Part shown: positions 16,013 to 27,496 of the stretch, in pieces | Position numbering within the stretch: the stretch's first letter is position 1 | Layout of the letters: each line of letters starts with the position of its first letter | Assembly (NCBI RefSeq): GCF_009914755.1 | Contig: NC_060946.1 | DNA: 64,000 bases | Source: the human T2T-CHM13v2.0 reference genome, Homo sapiens | Reading direction: 5' to 3' (one strand) | Notes under the pieces: model-generated | Told to the model about the DNA's origin: nothing | The model's input: only the letters and a program-made list of their open reading frames with translations | Databases searched by the model: none | Position numbers and translations under genes: made by a program

Positions 16013-16230
16013 TCCTCCACCTGCCAGGTTCAAGCGATTCGCCTGTCTCAGCCTCCTGAGCAGCTGGGACTACAGGCATGCGCCACCACGCCCGGCTGAT
16101 TTTTGTATTTTTAGTAGAGACGGGGTTTCACCATGTTGGCCAGGCTGGTCCTGAACTTGACTTCAAGTGATCCGCCTTCCTCGGCCTCCCAAAGTGCTAG
16201 GATTACACGCGTGAGCCACTGCGCCCTGCT
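16013..16230 (-). mobile_element. 3'-truncated Alu
   Basis: Alu consensus from ccaggttcaagcgattc to gagccactgcgccc; no tail. Confidence 0.9.
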
Positions 16231-16234
16231 GGCC

Positions 16235-16712
16235 CACCTTTTCTTGCTGAAGCCAGGATCCGAACACATCACTTCCCTGCTCAAGGGCCATCGATAGCTC
16301 CCACCACCTCCTGGATCACAGTCAAACTCTTTGGCCTCCAGCCCCTCTGAAGCTGACACTGGCAGAACTTTCTGGTCTCATCTCCACCACTTCACTCCAG
16401 CCAAGCGTCGCCCTTTCCCCAAGTGCCAGGCGTCTTTTCCCGTCTGTGCCCACTGCTTTTCTCTTCCTGGAATGCCCTTCCTTACCCCTTTGCTGCCAAG
16501 TGGACTCTGGCATGGCCGTAAGGCATCTTCAATGGTCCCATGTCCTCAACACTCTTCCCAGACACCCCAAATCCCCCAAAGAGCACTGGCAACACTATCC
16601 GTCTGCCTCCCCTGCAGACTGAGCGCTCTGTGTGCTTGGCCACGTCTGACTCACCCCACCTTCCCCGCCCGCCCTCACTCGGCACACCCTCAACATTTGC
16701 TGAAATGAATAA
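16235..16712 (+). mobile_element. L2 3' fragment
   Basis: catcacttccctgctcaa...ctggaatgcccttcc...acatttgctgaaatgaataaat. Confidence 0.7.
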
Positions 16713-17619
16713 ATTATCTCATTTAGCCACAGAGCACTCCCAGCTTGAATGTCGGAGGTTCAGCCAAGAGCCCTAGCGTGGAAATCACCACACTGAAGGT
16801 GGCAATATTTCACCTCGCCCAGAAATTTACTGCAAGTTCTCAAGTCTCCCTAGAGTGCGTGTTTATGTGTGTGGTGGGGAAGGAGGGGCGGCGCTGGGTG
16901 ACGGAGCTTCGATTTAAACACAGATGACGGAAAATCTCCTTTTCCTCCCACTATGTCTGGCCCACCAAGCCCACCTAGGCCCTTCCCCAGTGTCACCTCA
17001 TTACCCACTCACTACCTGGTACATGGGCAAAGAAAAATACCCCCATCTCACCAAGGTGGAAACTGAGGCTCGGAGAGGCCAAGTGACTGGCCCAAGGCAG
17101 CACCCTCAGAGGAGGGCTCTGCTCCTGCATTCCCGCTGGGGGCTGGGGGGGAAAGGGGTGTAGACTCAGCCGCAGGACAGCGGGAGGGTGGGGGTTCTGT
17201 GGGCCTTTCCCACGGTCCAGCAGTGGGGAGGGTGGAAGAAGGGAGCCGAGGTGGGCACAGGGCGATCCCTCCCTCACAACGCTACAGAGAAAAATGGCAG
17301 GCAGCCAGCAGGGCCCAATTAGGTAGCCAGCTTCAAAGGCACCCATGAGCCAGTAAGAGCCAGATCCCACTCGAGCCCAGGCGGGGCACCCTCCTGGCTG
17401 CCTGCCGTGCATGCCTGTCCATCCCCTGGCAGCCCCATTGGCCACACTCCCAGAGCCCTATGGGGCAGGCAGGCCCAGGCCCAGACAAGCCCCTGCACAG
17501 GGGCGTGTGCCCAGGGCAGCCTGGGCCTTGACCCCACAAGCACCCCCGGCCCGCTTACCTGCCAGAGGCCCTGGCCATGGCCACAGGCCCCAACGGGGCA
17601 CCACAGGCCCCGCCCTGCT

Positions 17620-18020
17620 CGCCAGGTATGATTTGCATATGCTAATTAGCCGCACATCTCTTGCTCCCCTTGGAGCCAGCTTGTTTGGGGAACGGCTGGA
17701 TCTGGCTATACCTGTACCATGCTGATGTCACGCCGAGCTATTTCCAGCCCAGTTGCCATGGAAACCACAAGGCCTCAGCTCCAGTTAGGAGTTCAATATA
17801 TAATTTACTTACTTCCCCATCCCCCCAGCCCCACCCCAAAAAGACTAGGGCGTACAGGGAACAATTGGCTAAAATATACAATAACACCCTCCACTTCCCT
17901 CGCGGCCTGTGAGAGGAGAGGGGAGGAGGAGGAGGGAGGAGTGCGGCGCAGCGGAACGGTAAATTCATTTTGGAAGAAGGGGGGATGGCAGGGAGGAGAG
18001 AAGAGCTTTCCTCATTAAGA
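17620..18020. promoter_or_regulatory. Candidate neural enhancer / alternative promoter (POU dimer, TAATTA, CRE-like, RFX X-box)
   Basis: ATTTGCATATGCTAAT 17631-17646; GCTAATTAGC 17641-17650; TGATGTCA 17723-17730; GTTGCCATGGAAAC 17752-17765. Confidence 0.65.
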
Positions 18021-21000
18021 CGAAGAACAGAGGCTGGCACTCAGGGATGATTCCAGGGAGCAGGCCCGGGCCAGGCAGGAGTCAGGATGCCGCCCTCTGC
18101 CCAGTGAGCCCTAGCACTGCCCAGCCAAGCCTTCATCAGGGACCACGAGTGAGGGATGACTCCAGGCCCCCAGCCACCAGGCTGCAGGTGACCTGGGGTT
18201 TCTGTGGAAGCCCAGGGCTTATGAGGGCACTGCTGTCTCAGCTGCCACTGCTCTGGTACTTCCAGACACAGGGATGCCATCAAGGCCTGCTGTTCATAAG
18301 CAGGTCCCAGTATGGGGGTGGGGGGCACTGGCCACCTCCATGCCTGGGTGTGTGGGGTGCTCCTGATTGACCCTGTGGCCAGCTGAGGCCTGGGGCCATG
18401 AAATCAGCCAGCAGAGGCACCTGCCCAATGGAGCTTAGGGCCCTGGCACTGCCCTGACCTGAGATCACTCCAGCTGTGTTCTAAAGGCATTCTCTGACAC
18501 CTGCTCTGTGCCACACCTTGTAAGGGGTACTAGGGGGGCATGAGAGGACTCAGACACAGCCCCACATGCAGGGAACATTCAGGCTGGCCGTGGGAGGGCA
18601 GAGATGGTGCTATGGGGACACTAAGGAGGTATGTGACCGTCACACGTAAAGTCTAGGAAGACTTCCTGGAGGAGGTGCTGGCCAGAGCTAAGGCTTGAAG
18701 GGTGAAGACTTGGCTGGGGGCTGTGGGAGGACATTCCAAGCAGCACATACAGCATGGGGAAGAGTACTCCTCTGGCCCTGCCCTTCCACTCCACAGGCAT
18801 GGGGATCTGGGGGCCAGGCCACCTGCTGCTGCTCTAAACTCCCCAAGTGCTCCAAGCAACCCCGGCTCCACTCCTGCCTCGGCAGCCATGGAAAGCCATG
18901 GGGGCTCTCATCGTGTGTGTTGGGGAGACAGGGGACCTCATCCCAGGCTTCTCTCCCCAGACCTCCCCTGCCTCCTGAGCCTGGCCAGCAGGGCTCTGGG
19001 CAAGCCATTTCCCTTTCAGACCTTCAATTCCCTCCCAGTAAAATAGGACATTATTTGAGCCCACAGAATCAAATGAGGAAGCAAGTAGTCAACGGGCAGG
19101 GTTTTCACTTCTACCAGCGCTGGAACTTTGCAACCATGATTCCTAACCCCCGATGAGTATCAGGATCCCCATTTCCCAGATGGAGGAACTGAGGACAAAT
19201 GAACAACTAAACAAAGTGTCAGGGCTGACTCTGAGCCCTTCTTCACACCCTGCAGCGGCCTGGATGAACTCCACGGTGGACAGGCGAGGAGGCCGGGGAA
19301 GCCAGCTAGGAGTCCTGGGTTTCCCACCCCGGAGCAGGGCTGTGCCGCAGCTGTGTCACTGGATCCCCTTACCCCCACCTGCAGGGTGTTTCCCAGGAAG
19401 TCTCCTTCTCCCTCCCACCCCAGCACCTGGTCTCTCCCAGCCCTGAGCCCCCAGATCCTGCCCCACTGCTCTACTCCAGGCTCTACCCCAAGGCTCTGCT
19501 CTGCTGTTTTCCATCTTCCCTCCATTCCCACCACTGCCATCTCGGTTCAGGAGTAAGATGAAGAAGCACAGCGAGCTCCTACTTTCACTTTTGAGACTGG
19601 CCCCCCTGACCTCTCCGCCTTCTCCACTTCCATTCTCACCCCTGCTCACTCTGCTCCAGTCACCCGCCTTCTGGCTGTTTCTCAAACTTACCAGCCTCCT
19701 TTGGGCCTCTGGACTCTTGCAAGTTCTGTTCTGCCCACCTAAAATGCCCTTCCCAGAGAGCCATGGAATGCAGCAATGAGAGCAGGCAGGATGGAGCCGT
19801 ACAGCCTGGGTCTGATGCATTGCCACTTAGCAGCTGTGGACCTTAGGCACCACCAGTGAAATGGGCACGATGACCCTCATGGCCTTGTTGTGTGGGTTCA
19901 CGCACAGGGGCTGGACACCAGCTCCTTCCCTCCTTCAGGTCTCTGACTCAATGTGCCCTTCCTCCACCTCAATCCCCACTGCCAGCCCTTCCTCCAACAG
20001 CCGTCCCAGCCCCCGGCCTGCACTGTGGATTTATTTGTCCATCAAGTGAACATCCCTCTCCCCTAGCACTTCATCTCCAGGAGAATAGAACAAAGTCAGT
20101 TGCATTCCTGCTGTATCTCCGGGCTGTGTACACAGCAGGTGCTCAACACGTGTGAGGGGACTGATGTGGGGATGAATGCACCTGGCAGTGCATAAATGAA
20201 CAAAAGACACGTGACCCACAGGCCTCCCTGGAGCTCCAGAGCCATCCCAAGCCGGGAATCCCCATTTATCAGCCAAATGGCTACATCCGCAACTTTGCCA
20301 GGGGTGGCAGAGGGGACTCAGGTACTGCGAATACCTGGCTGGCAGGAAATGCCTCTCATGAGGGACCCACCAGAGGTGGGGGCCCCCAGATCAGCAACCA
20401 GCGCCAGGCACACTCACAGCTGTGTTTGTCCACAGTCATGGCCATTCCCACTCCACCACCGCCCAGTAATGTACACACAGTCTCCCAGGAAACTGCAAAA
20501 AATGAGTTAATATAACATTATGGCTGAGAATTTAAATACACAGGAGTCAGGCAACGCAGACTTACAGTTCCCCAAGCAACTGTAAAAGCCGCGCGCAAGC
20601 AATTCAGGAGCAAGGGCTGGGAGAAGATTTAAGGCCTTCTTGGCCAGAGGTAGACCTGGGGGCTGCCATACCCTGACCTCTCAGTGACGGACAGAGGCTC
20701 CAGACAGGCGGCACTTCAGGGCATGAGGGAACGCCTGGCACCAGGGATGGGCAACGCAGGCCATGTGGCTCACTGGACACGGCCCCTCTGGGGAACACAA
20801 GGGTGGCTCCAGCAGGGACTGGAAGGAAGAAGCCTGTCCCATGGCCAGCTCTGTGAGCTAGGCCCCAGCTCCACTCACATGCCCACCTCCCGGCTCCTCT
20901 GGCCAGGTCACCCTAAGGGCCCAGGACCCCATATGCAGCTCTACACCCCTGTCCACTCTTCTGCAAAGGCATGGCCCATGGGGAAGCTTTCCAGGGCTCT

Positions 21001-21083
21001 TGTCCTCTCTTCAACAAAATGGACTCCTTTTTACAATTACCATTATAATTCCCTGCTGTGTTCACACCCCAACTCCACGCTCA

Positions 21084-21488
<405 letters not shown>

Positions 21489-22136
21489 CTACCTCACAGG
21501 CCTGGGACAATGAGATGAATTCACACATGTAAAATATTTGGAACAAGGCCCAGCACTCAGCAATTGCTCAATAAATATGAGCAGGTATTACGGCTGCTGT
21601 TATTAATATTGCTATTGTTCTTGTTTTTCCTTTCTCATTCAAAAAGAATCTGAGGAAACACAAAACAGGCAGTGGCACTTAAGGGAGGCAGAGAATAAAG
21701 AGTTCATTCATTCGTTCACTCGGTAAAGATTTACTGAAGGCTTGCTGTGCAGGCCTGGAGGGGCAGCTGTGAACACTCAGAAGATGTATAAGAGGACCCT
21801 GGGGAGTGAGCCCAGCATGCACCATAAGGGCCTTTCAGAGGCTGGCTGCCAATCTGGCTCAGGCTTCCCGGCAGCCGTCAGAGAGAGGAGAAGGGGGTCT
21901 GCTGGAAGTTGTCAGAGCCACAGACAGGGCCCTTCCTCGAGATCACACGTCAGCAGTGAAGATCCATGGTCTCCCTGGGGAGGAGCTCCCGTGGAGGAGG
22001 CAGGGCCTGAACTGGGCTGAGAAAGGTTGGGCAGAGGAGAGGAAGGACGTTCGTTCATTCACTGGCTCAGCATTTGTTAGGCATGGAGTGTGTGGCCAGC
22101 AGGAAGGTTCCTAACACATCAGTGCTGAGTGACCAA

Positions 22137-22696
<560 letters not shown>

Positions 22697-23227
22697 CACC
22701 TGGCTGTTTTCTTTGGCCTCTTGTTCAGAGGCCAAAGCCCCCACTGGATAACCCACTCCAGAACCCAAGCCCGGAAGGGTCTGAGCCTCGTGGAAGGGTG
22801 GGTGGGATGGCAGGGTGGCAGTGGCAGCCAGGGGCAGCCAGGGCCAGCATGGAGGGGCCATTCAGACAGCAGCGACTGGATTCTGAGGACATTGCAGCAG
22901 GAATGCCCTCAGAGGTCATTAGCATCACAGGGAAGGGGGCACCTGTCAGCTGAGGGAACAGGAGGACGGTGGAAGAGATGGGAGTGCTACTCTCGGTCAT
23001 CCAGGGGTGGTCTCTAGGAGGAGGTGGCAGCTGACCCGAGCCATGCAGGGCTCCAAAGTGAGAGCTTTCAGGAGGGGATATAGCAAATGCAAAGGCTGGA
23101 AGCAGGAAGTGCACATAGGAGGGAGGAGAAGCGGGAAGCAGGCTTGGAGAGCAGGAACCAGACTCTGGCCATGGATAGCTGAATGCACCCACACCTTCTT
23201 CCCAGAGGCAGAAATGCAGGAAAAGCC

Positions 23228-23320
23228 GAGAAGCCTCTGCTTCCTCATCTGTAAAACGGGGATGACAACTGTACCTACTTTCCAAGGCTGTGAGGATTAA
23301 ATGGGAGAGTGAGCTGTTGC
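23228..23320 (+). mobile_element. MIR (3' tail facing the GGT VNTR)
   Basis: gcctctgcttcctcatctgtaaaacggggatgacaactgtacctac...tgtgaggattaaatg matches the MIR core. Confidence 0.85.
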
Positions 23321-25245
23321 GGTGGTCGCGGTGGTGGTAGTGGTGATGGAGGTTATGGTGGTGGTGGTGGTGGTGGTGATGGAGGTTATGGTGGTGGAGG
23401 TGGTGGTGGTGATGGAGGTTATGGTGGTGGTGGTGGTGATGGAGGTTATGGTGGTGGTGGTGATGGTGGTGGTGGAGGTTATGGTGGTGGAGGTGGTGGC
23501 GGAGGTTATGGTGGTGGTGGTGGTGATGGAGGTTATGGTGGTGGAGGTGGTGGCGGAGGTTATGGTGGTGGTGGTGGTGGTGATGGAGGTTATGGTGGTG
23601 GTGGTGGTGATGGAGGTTATGGTGGTGGTGGTGGTGGTGATGGAGGTTATGGTGGTGGTGGTGATGGTGGTGGTGGAGGTTATGGTGGTGGAGGTGGTGG
23701 CAGAGGTTATGGTGGTGGTGGTGGTGGTGATGGTGGTTATGGTGGTGGTGGTGGTGATGGAGGTTATGGTGGTGGAGGTGGTGGCGGAGGTTATGGTGGT
23801 GGTGGTGGTGGTGATGGTGGTTATGGTGGTGGTGGTGGTGATGGAGGTTATGGTGGTGGTGGTGGTGGTGGTGGAGGTTATGGTGGTGGTGGTGGTGATG
23901 GAGGTTATGGTGGTGGTGATGGTGGTGGTGGAGGTTATGGTGGTGGAGGTGGTGGCGGAGGTTATGGTGGTGGTGGTGGTGATGGAGGTTATGGTGGTGG
24001 AGGTGGTGGCGGAGGTTATGGTGGTGGTGGTGGTGGTGATGGAGGTTATGGTGGTGGTGGTGGTGATGGAGGTTATGGTGGTGGTGGTGGTGGTGATGGA
24101 GGTTATGGTGGTGGTGGTGATGGTGGTGGTGGAGGTTATGGTGGTGGAGGTGGTGGCAGAGGTTATGGTGGTGGTGGTGGTGGTGATGGTGGTTATGGTG
24201 GTGGTGGTGGTGATGGAGGTTATGGTGGTGGAGGTGGTGGCGGAGGTTATGGTGGTGGTGGTGGTGGTGATGGTGGTTATGGTGGTGGTGGTGGTGATGG
24301 AGGTTATGGTGGTGGTGGTGGTGGTGGTGGAGGTTATGGTGGTGGTGGTGGTGGTGGTGATAGAGGTTATGGTGATGGTGGTGGTGATGGAGGTTATGGT
24401 GGTGGTGGTGATGGTGGTGGTGGTGGTGGTGGTGATGGAGGTTATGGTGGTGGTGGTGGTGGTGATGGAGGTTATGGTGGTGGTGGTGATGGTGGTGGTG
24501 GAGGTTATGGTGGTGGAGGTGGTGGCGGAGGTTATGGTGGTGGTGGTGGTGATGGAGGTTATGGTGGTGGTGGTGGTGGTGATGGAGGTTATGGTGGTGG
24601 TGGTGGTGGTGATGGAGGTTATGGTGGTGGTGGTGGTGGTGATGGTGGTTATGGTGGTGGTGGTGGTGGTGATGGAGGTTATGGTGGTGGTGGTGGTGGT
24701 GGTGGAGGTTATGGTGGTGGTGGTGGTGGTGGTGATAGAGGTTATGGTGATGGTGGTGGTGGTGGTGATGGAGGTTATGGTGGTGGTGGTGGTGGTGGTG
24801 ATGGAGGTTATGGTGGTGGTGGTGGTGGTGATGGAGGTTATGGTGGAGGTGGTGGTGGTGGTGGAGGTTATGGTGGTGGTGGTGGTGGTGGTGATAGAGG
24901 TTATGGTGATGGTGGTGGTGGTGGTGATGGAGGTTATGGTGGTGGTGGTGGTGGTGGTGATGGAGGTTATGGTGGTGGTGGTGGTGGTGATGGAGGTTAT
25001 GGTGGTGGTGGTGGTGGTGGTGATGGAGGTTATGGTGGTGGTGGTGGTGGTGATGGAGGTTATGGTGGTGGTGGTGGTGGTGGTGATGGAGGTTATGGTG
25101 GTGGTGGTGGTGGTGGTGATGGAGGTTATGGTGGTGGTGGTGGTGGTGGTGATAGAGGTTATGGTGATGGTGGTGGTGATGGAGGTTATGGTGGTGGTGG
25201 TGGAGGTTATGGTGGAGGTGGTGATGATGGTGGTGATGGTGGTGG
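23321..25245 (+). repeat. 1.9-kb complex GGT-based VNTR; unit mostly ~27-33 bp, [(GGT)n GAT GGA GGT TAT]; 63 GGTTAT-anchored units
   Basis: Directly visible; 63 repeat Tyr codons counted in the 23309..25318 translation; unit variants carry GGC, AGA and GAT codons. Confidence 0.98.
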
Positions 25246-25408
25246 CCATTATTATTGGAAGGGGAAGGGAACAAAGGAAAGAGGGTGTGGGAGGGAGGAG
25301 AGACGAATAAACCAGTGAGGGTAAAAGGTAAACATTAATTAATTTCACTAGGCCTGATAAGACTTGAGAGAAATGGAAACTGGGAGACAAACAGAAGTAG
25401 TGATAGAA

Positions 25409-25763
25409 GAAAATAACCTCCACCATTCCAGAAAATAATCTCCACCATCTGAGAAAATAATCTCCACCATTCCAGAAAATAATCTCCACCATCTGAGAAA
25501 ATAATCTCCACCATCCGATAAAATAATCTCCACCAACCGAGAAAATAATCTCCACCATTTGAGAAAATAATCTCCACCATTGGAGAAAATAATTTCCACC
25601 ATCCGAGAAGATAATCTCCACCATCCGAGAAAATAATCTCCACCATTCGAGAAAAAATAATCTCCATCATTTAAGAAAATAATCTCCACCATTTGAGAAA
25701 AAATAATCTCCACCATCTGAGAAAATAATCTCCACCATCTGAGAAAATAACCTCCACCATTTG
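25409..25763 (+). repeat. 22-bp minisatellite (GAAAATAATCTCCACCAT+4 nt), 16 copies
   Basis: Units start at 25409, 25431, 25453 ... 25743; two units are 24 bp (extra AA). Confidence 0.97.
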
Positions 25764-25789
25764 TTCTGAATCGTGTGGTTTGCTAATGT

Positions 25790-25900
25790 CCTTTTACAGC
25801 CACTGTCTCATGCAATCTCCCAGCAGCCTGGGGAGTCTTATTATCTCCATCTTGCAGGTGAGGACCCAGAGGCCCTGAGGGAATACAAGGCACATGGGGA
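25790..25900 (-). mobile_element. MIR (3' tail facing the 22-bp minisatellite)
   Basis: ttattatctccatcttgcaggtgaggacccagaggccctgagg matches the reverse complement of the MIR core. Confidence 0.7.
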
Positions 25901-27475
25901 ATATGGCCTGCCTCAGGTCTGGGGATGAAGAGAGGCCAGAAGAAGCCAGGCTCGGATGCCTCATCCCAAAACTGGGTTCTCCCCTTGGCCCTAGCCTGGT
26001 GCCTGAGAGTGCAGACCCGGATGCTCCCTCTTTGTCTTCCCACCCTGCTGGGACTCAGGAAACCGCATGGGCGGGTGGGAGGATGCTGAGCTCTCTGCCG
26101 GCAGCCCCAACTACAGATGCCTCTCCGTGCTCAGGCTTCTGGGCCAGCGCCCCCCTAACCAGAGCTCTGCTCCTCTGGGCCTCCTCCCGACTGGGCACTC
26201 GGATACTCTATGGTGCTGGAGCCACCACCTCTGTGCTCCCCTGGATGTTCTGGGCGGGGCCAGGCAAGGAAATGTTCCTCCCTGGGAAGCCCAGGGCAGC
26301 AGCAGCCACTCCCAGGCTGGCTCTGAGAGGCAAAACCTCCAGGAAAAGTGCCTCTGCCCGGTGGCCCCCACTCAGCCACTCCTCACCTCAACAGGTGGGG
26401 CCCTTGGGGCCAGGCCCACGTGACTGTCACAGCAAGACCACCCTTTCCTGCCCAGTAAACCCTGATTTCCTCCCCCAAGAGGCAGGGCTGGCACCAGCCC
26501 AAGCAGTACTCATGCACACGGTGGCAAGTCACACCAGCTCGGGGGGAGGGGAGGGCATGAGACTTCATTCAATTCTGGCCACGTCTGTGTAGTGAGCCCT
26601 TCGGCCTGGGCATTGTGCCAGGCATCCCAGGTAGGCAGGACAAAGGGAGGCCCTCAAGGAGCTCACAGTCCAAAACAGGGTAGAAGCTGGGCCGCACCCA
26701 AGGACGGCACCCTGAGGCTACGCAGGACAGGGAACCATCACCTGCCAGAGCTGGGAAGTGGAGGCCGTGGGGAGCAAGGCACTGCATTTCCGAGCCCCAA
26801 TTCTGCAGCCGACTTGCCTGGAGCCAGCGCGCCTCTCTGAGGTTCAGCCTCTCATGTCAAAAGTGGGGGTCAGGGCCCTAGCTTGCAGGATTAGCAGGGT
26901 TCAGAGGCACAGGTACTGCTATTATTGCCGTCCTCAGGTGAGTAAGACATGGTTTCTCCCAGGCACCAGCATCTGTCTTGCTCTGGTTGTTGTCACAGGA
27001 CATCTGGCCTGTGCACCACCTAAGGCCCCCTTTCAAGACCAAAATACAGGCTTCTCTGGCTGCCAGGGGTGCCAGCTGCTGAGGGTCCCTTTGGTGAAGG
27101 AGCCAACTCCCCCCAGGAGAGGAAGGAGCCATCCTCTCCTGGGGACAGCTAACCACTGACCAGTCAACGCAGGATGTAATGGCTGAGCCCCTGCCTTGGT
27201 CTGGAACCAAGCGGGACCACCCCTGCTCCCAAGTGCCCGTGAGATCACCTGAGGCCTCTGTTTCTATTGCACTGCAGCCCAACCTCACCCTCTGCCCCCC
27301 ACAGGAGTTGTTATTAAGAGTGTTCCCCAGTAAACCTCTCCAGGGTCACCCTGGATTCTGATTCTGGTGAAGCCGCCCTGTGACAATGCCCCTTCCCATC
27401 TCGGCTGGGGCCCAAGAGCCGTGCACCAAATCCCTCATAGAAATGAGACATAGCACCGTCGCCTGCTATGCTGCC

Positions 27476-27496
27476 AGCAGCACCTTGGACAGACCC
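27476..27496 (+). promoter_or_regulatory. RE1/NRSE (REST-binding) site
   Basis: AGCAGCACCTTGGACAGACCC has both half-sites (CAGCACC, GGACAG) with the canonical 2-bp spacer. Confidence 0.7.

Noticed and set aside
22725-25624. Very long ORFs (849, 775, 669, 662 aa) called as genes
   Set aside because: They arise from a trinucleotide-based repeat; the His and Gly frames lack ATG starts and there is no exon context. Kept only as hypotheses under findings.
25409-25763. CRISPR-like array (constant repeat with variable spacer)
   Set aside because: The variable part is only 4 nt, the DNA is eukaryotic and there are no cas genes; it is a minisatellite.
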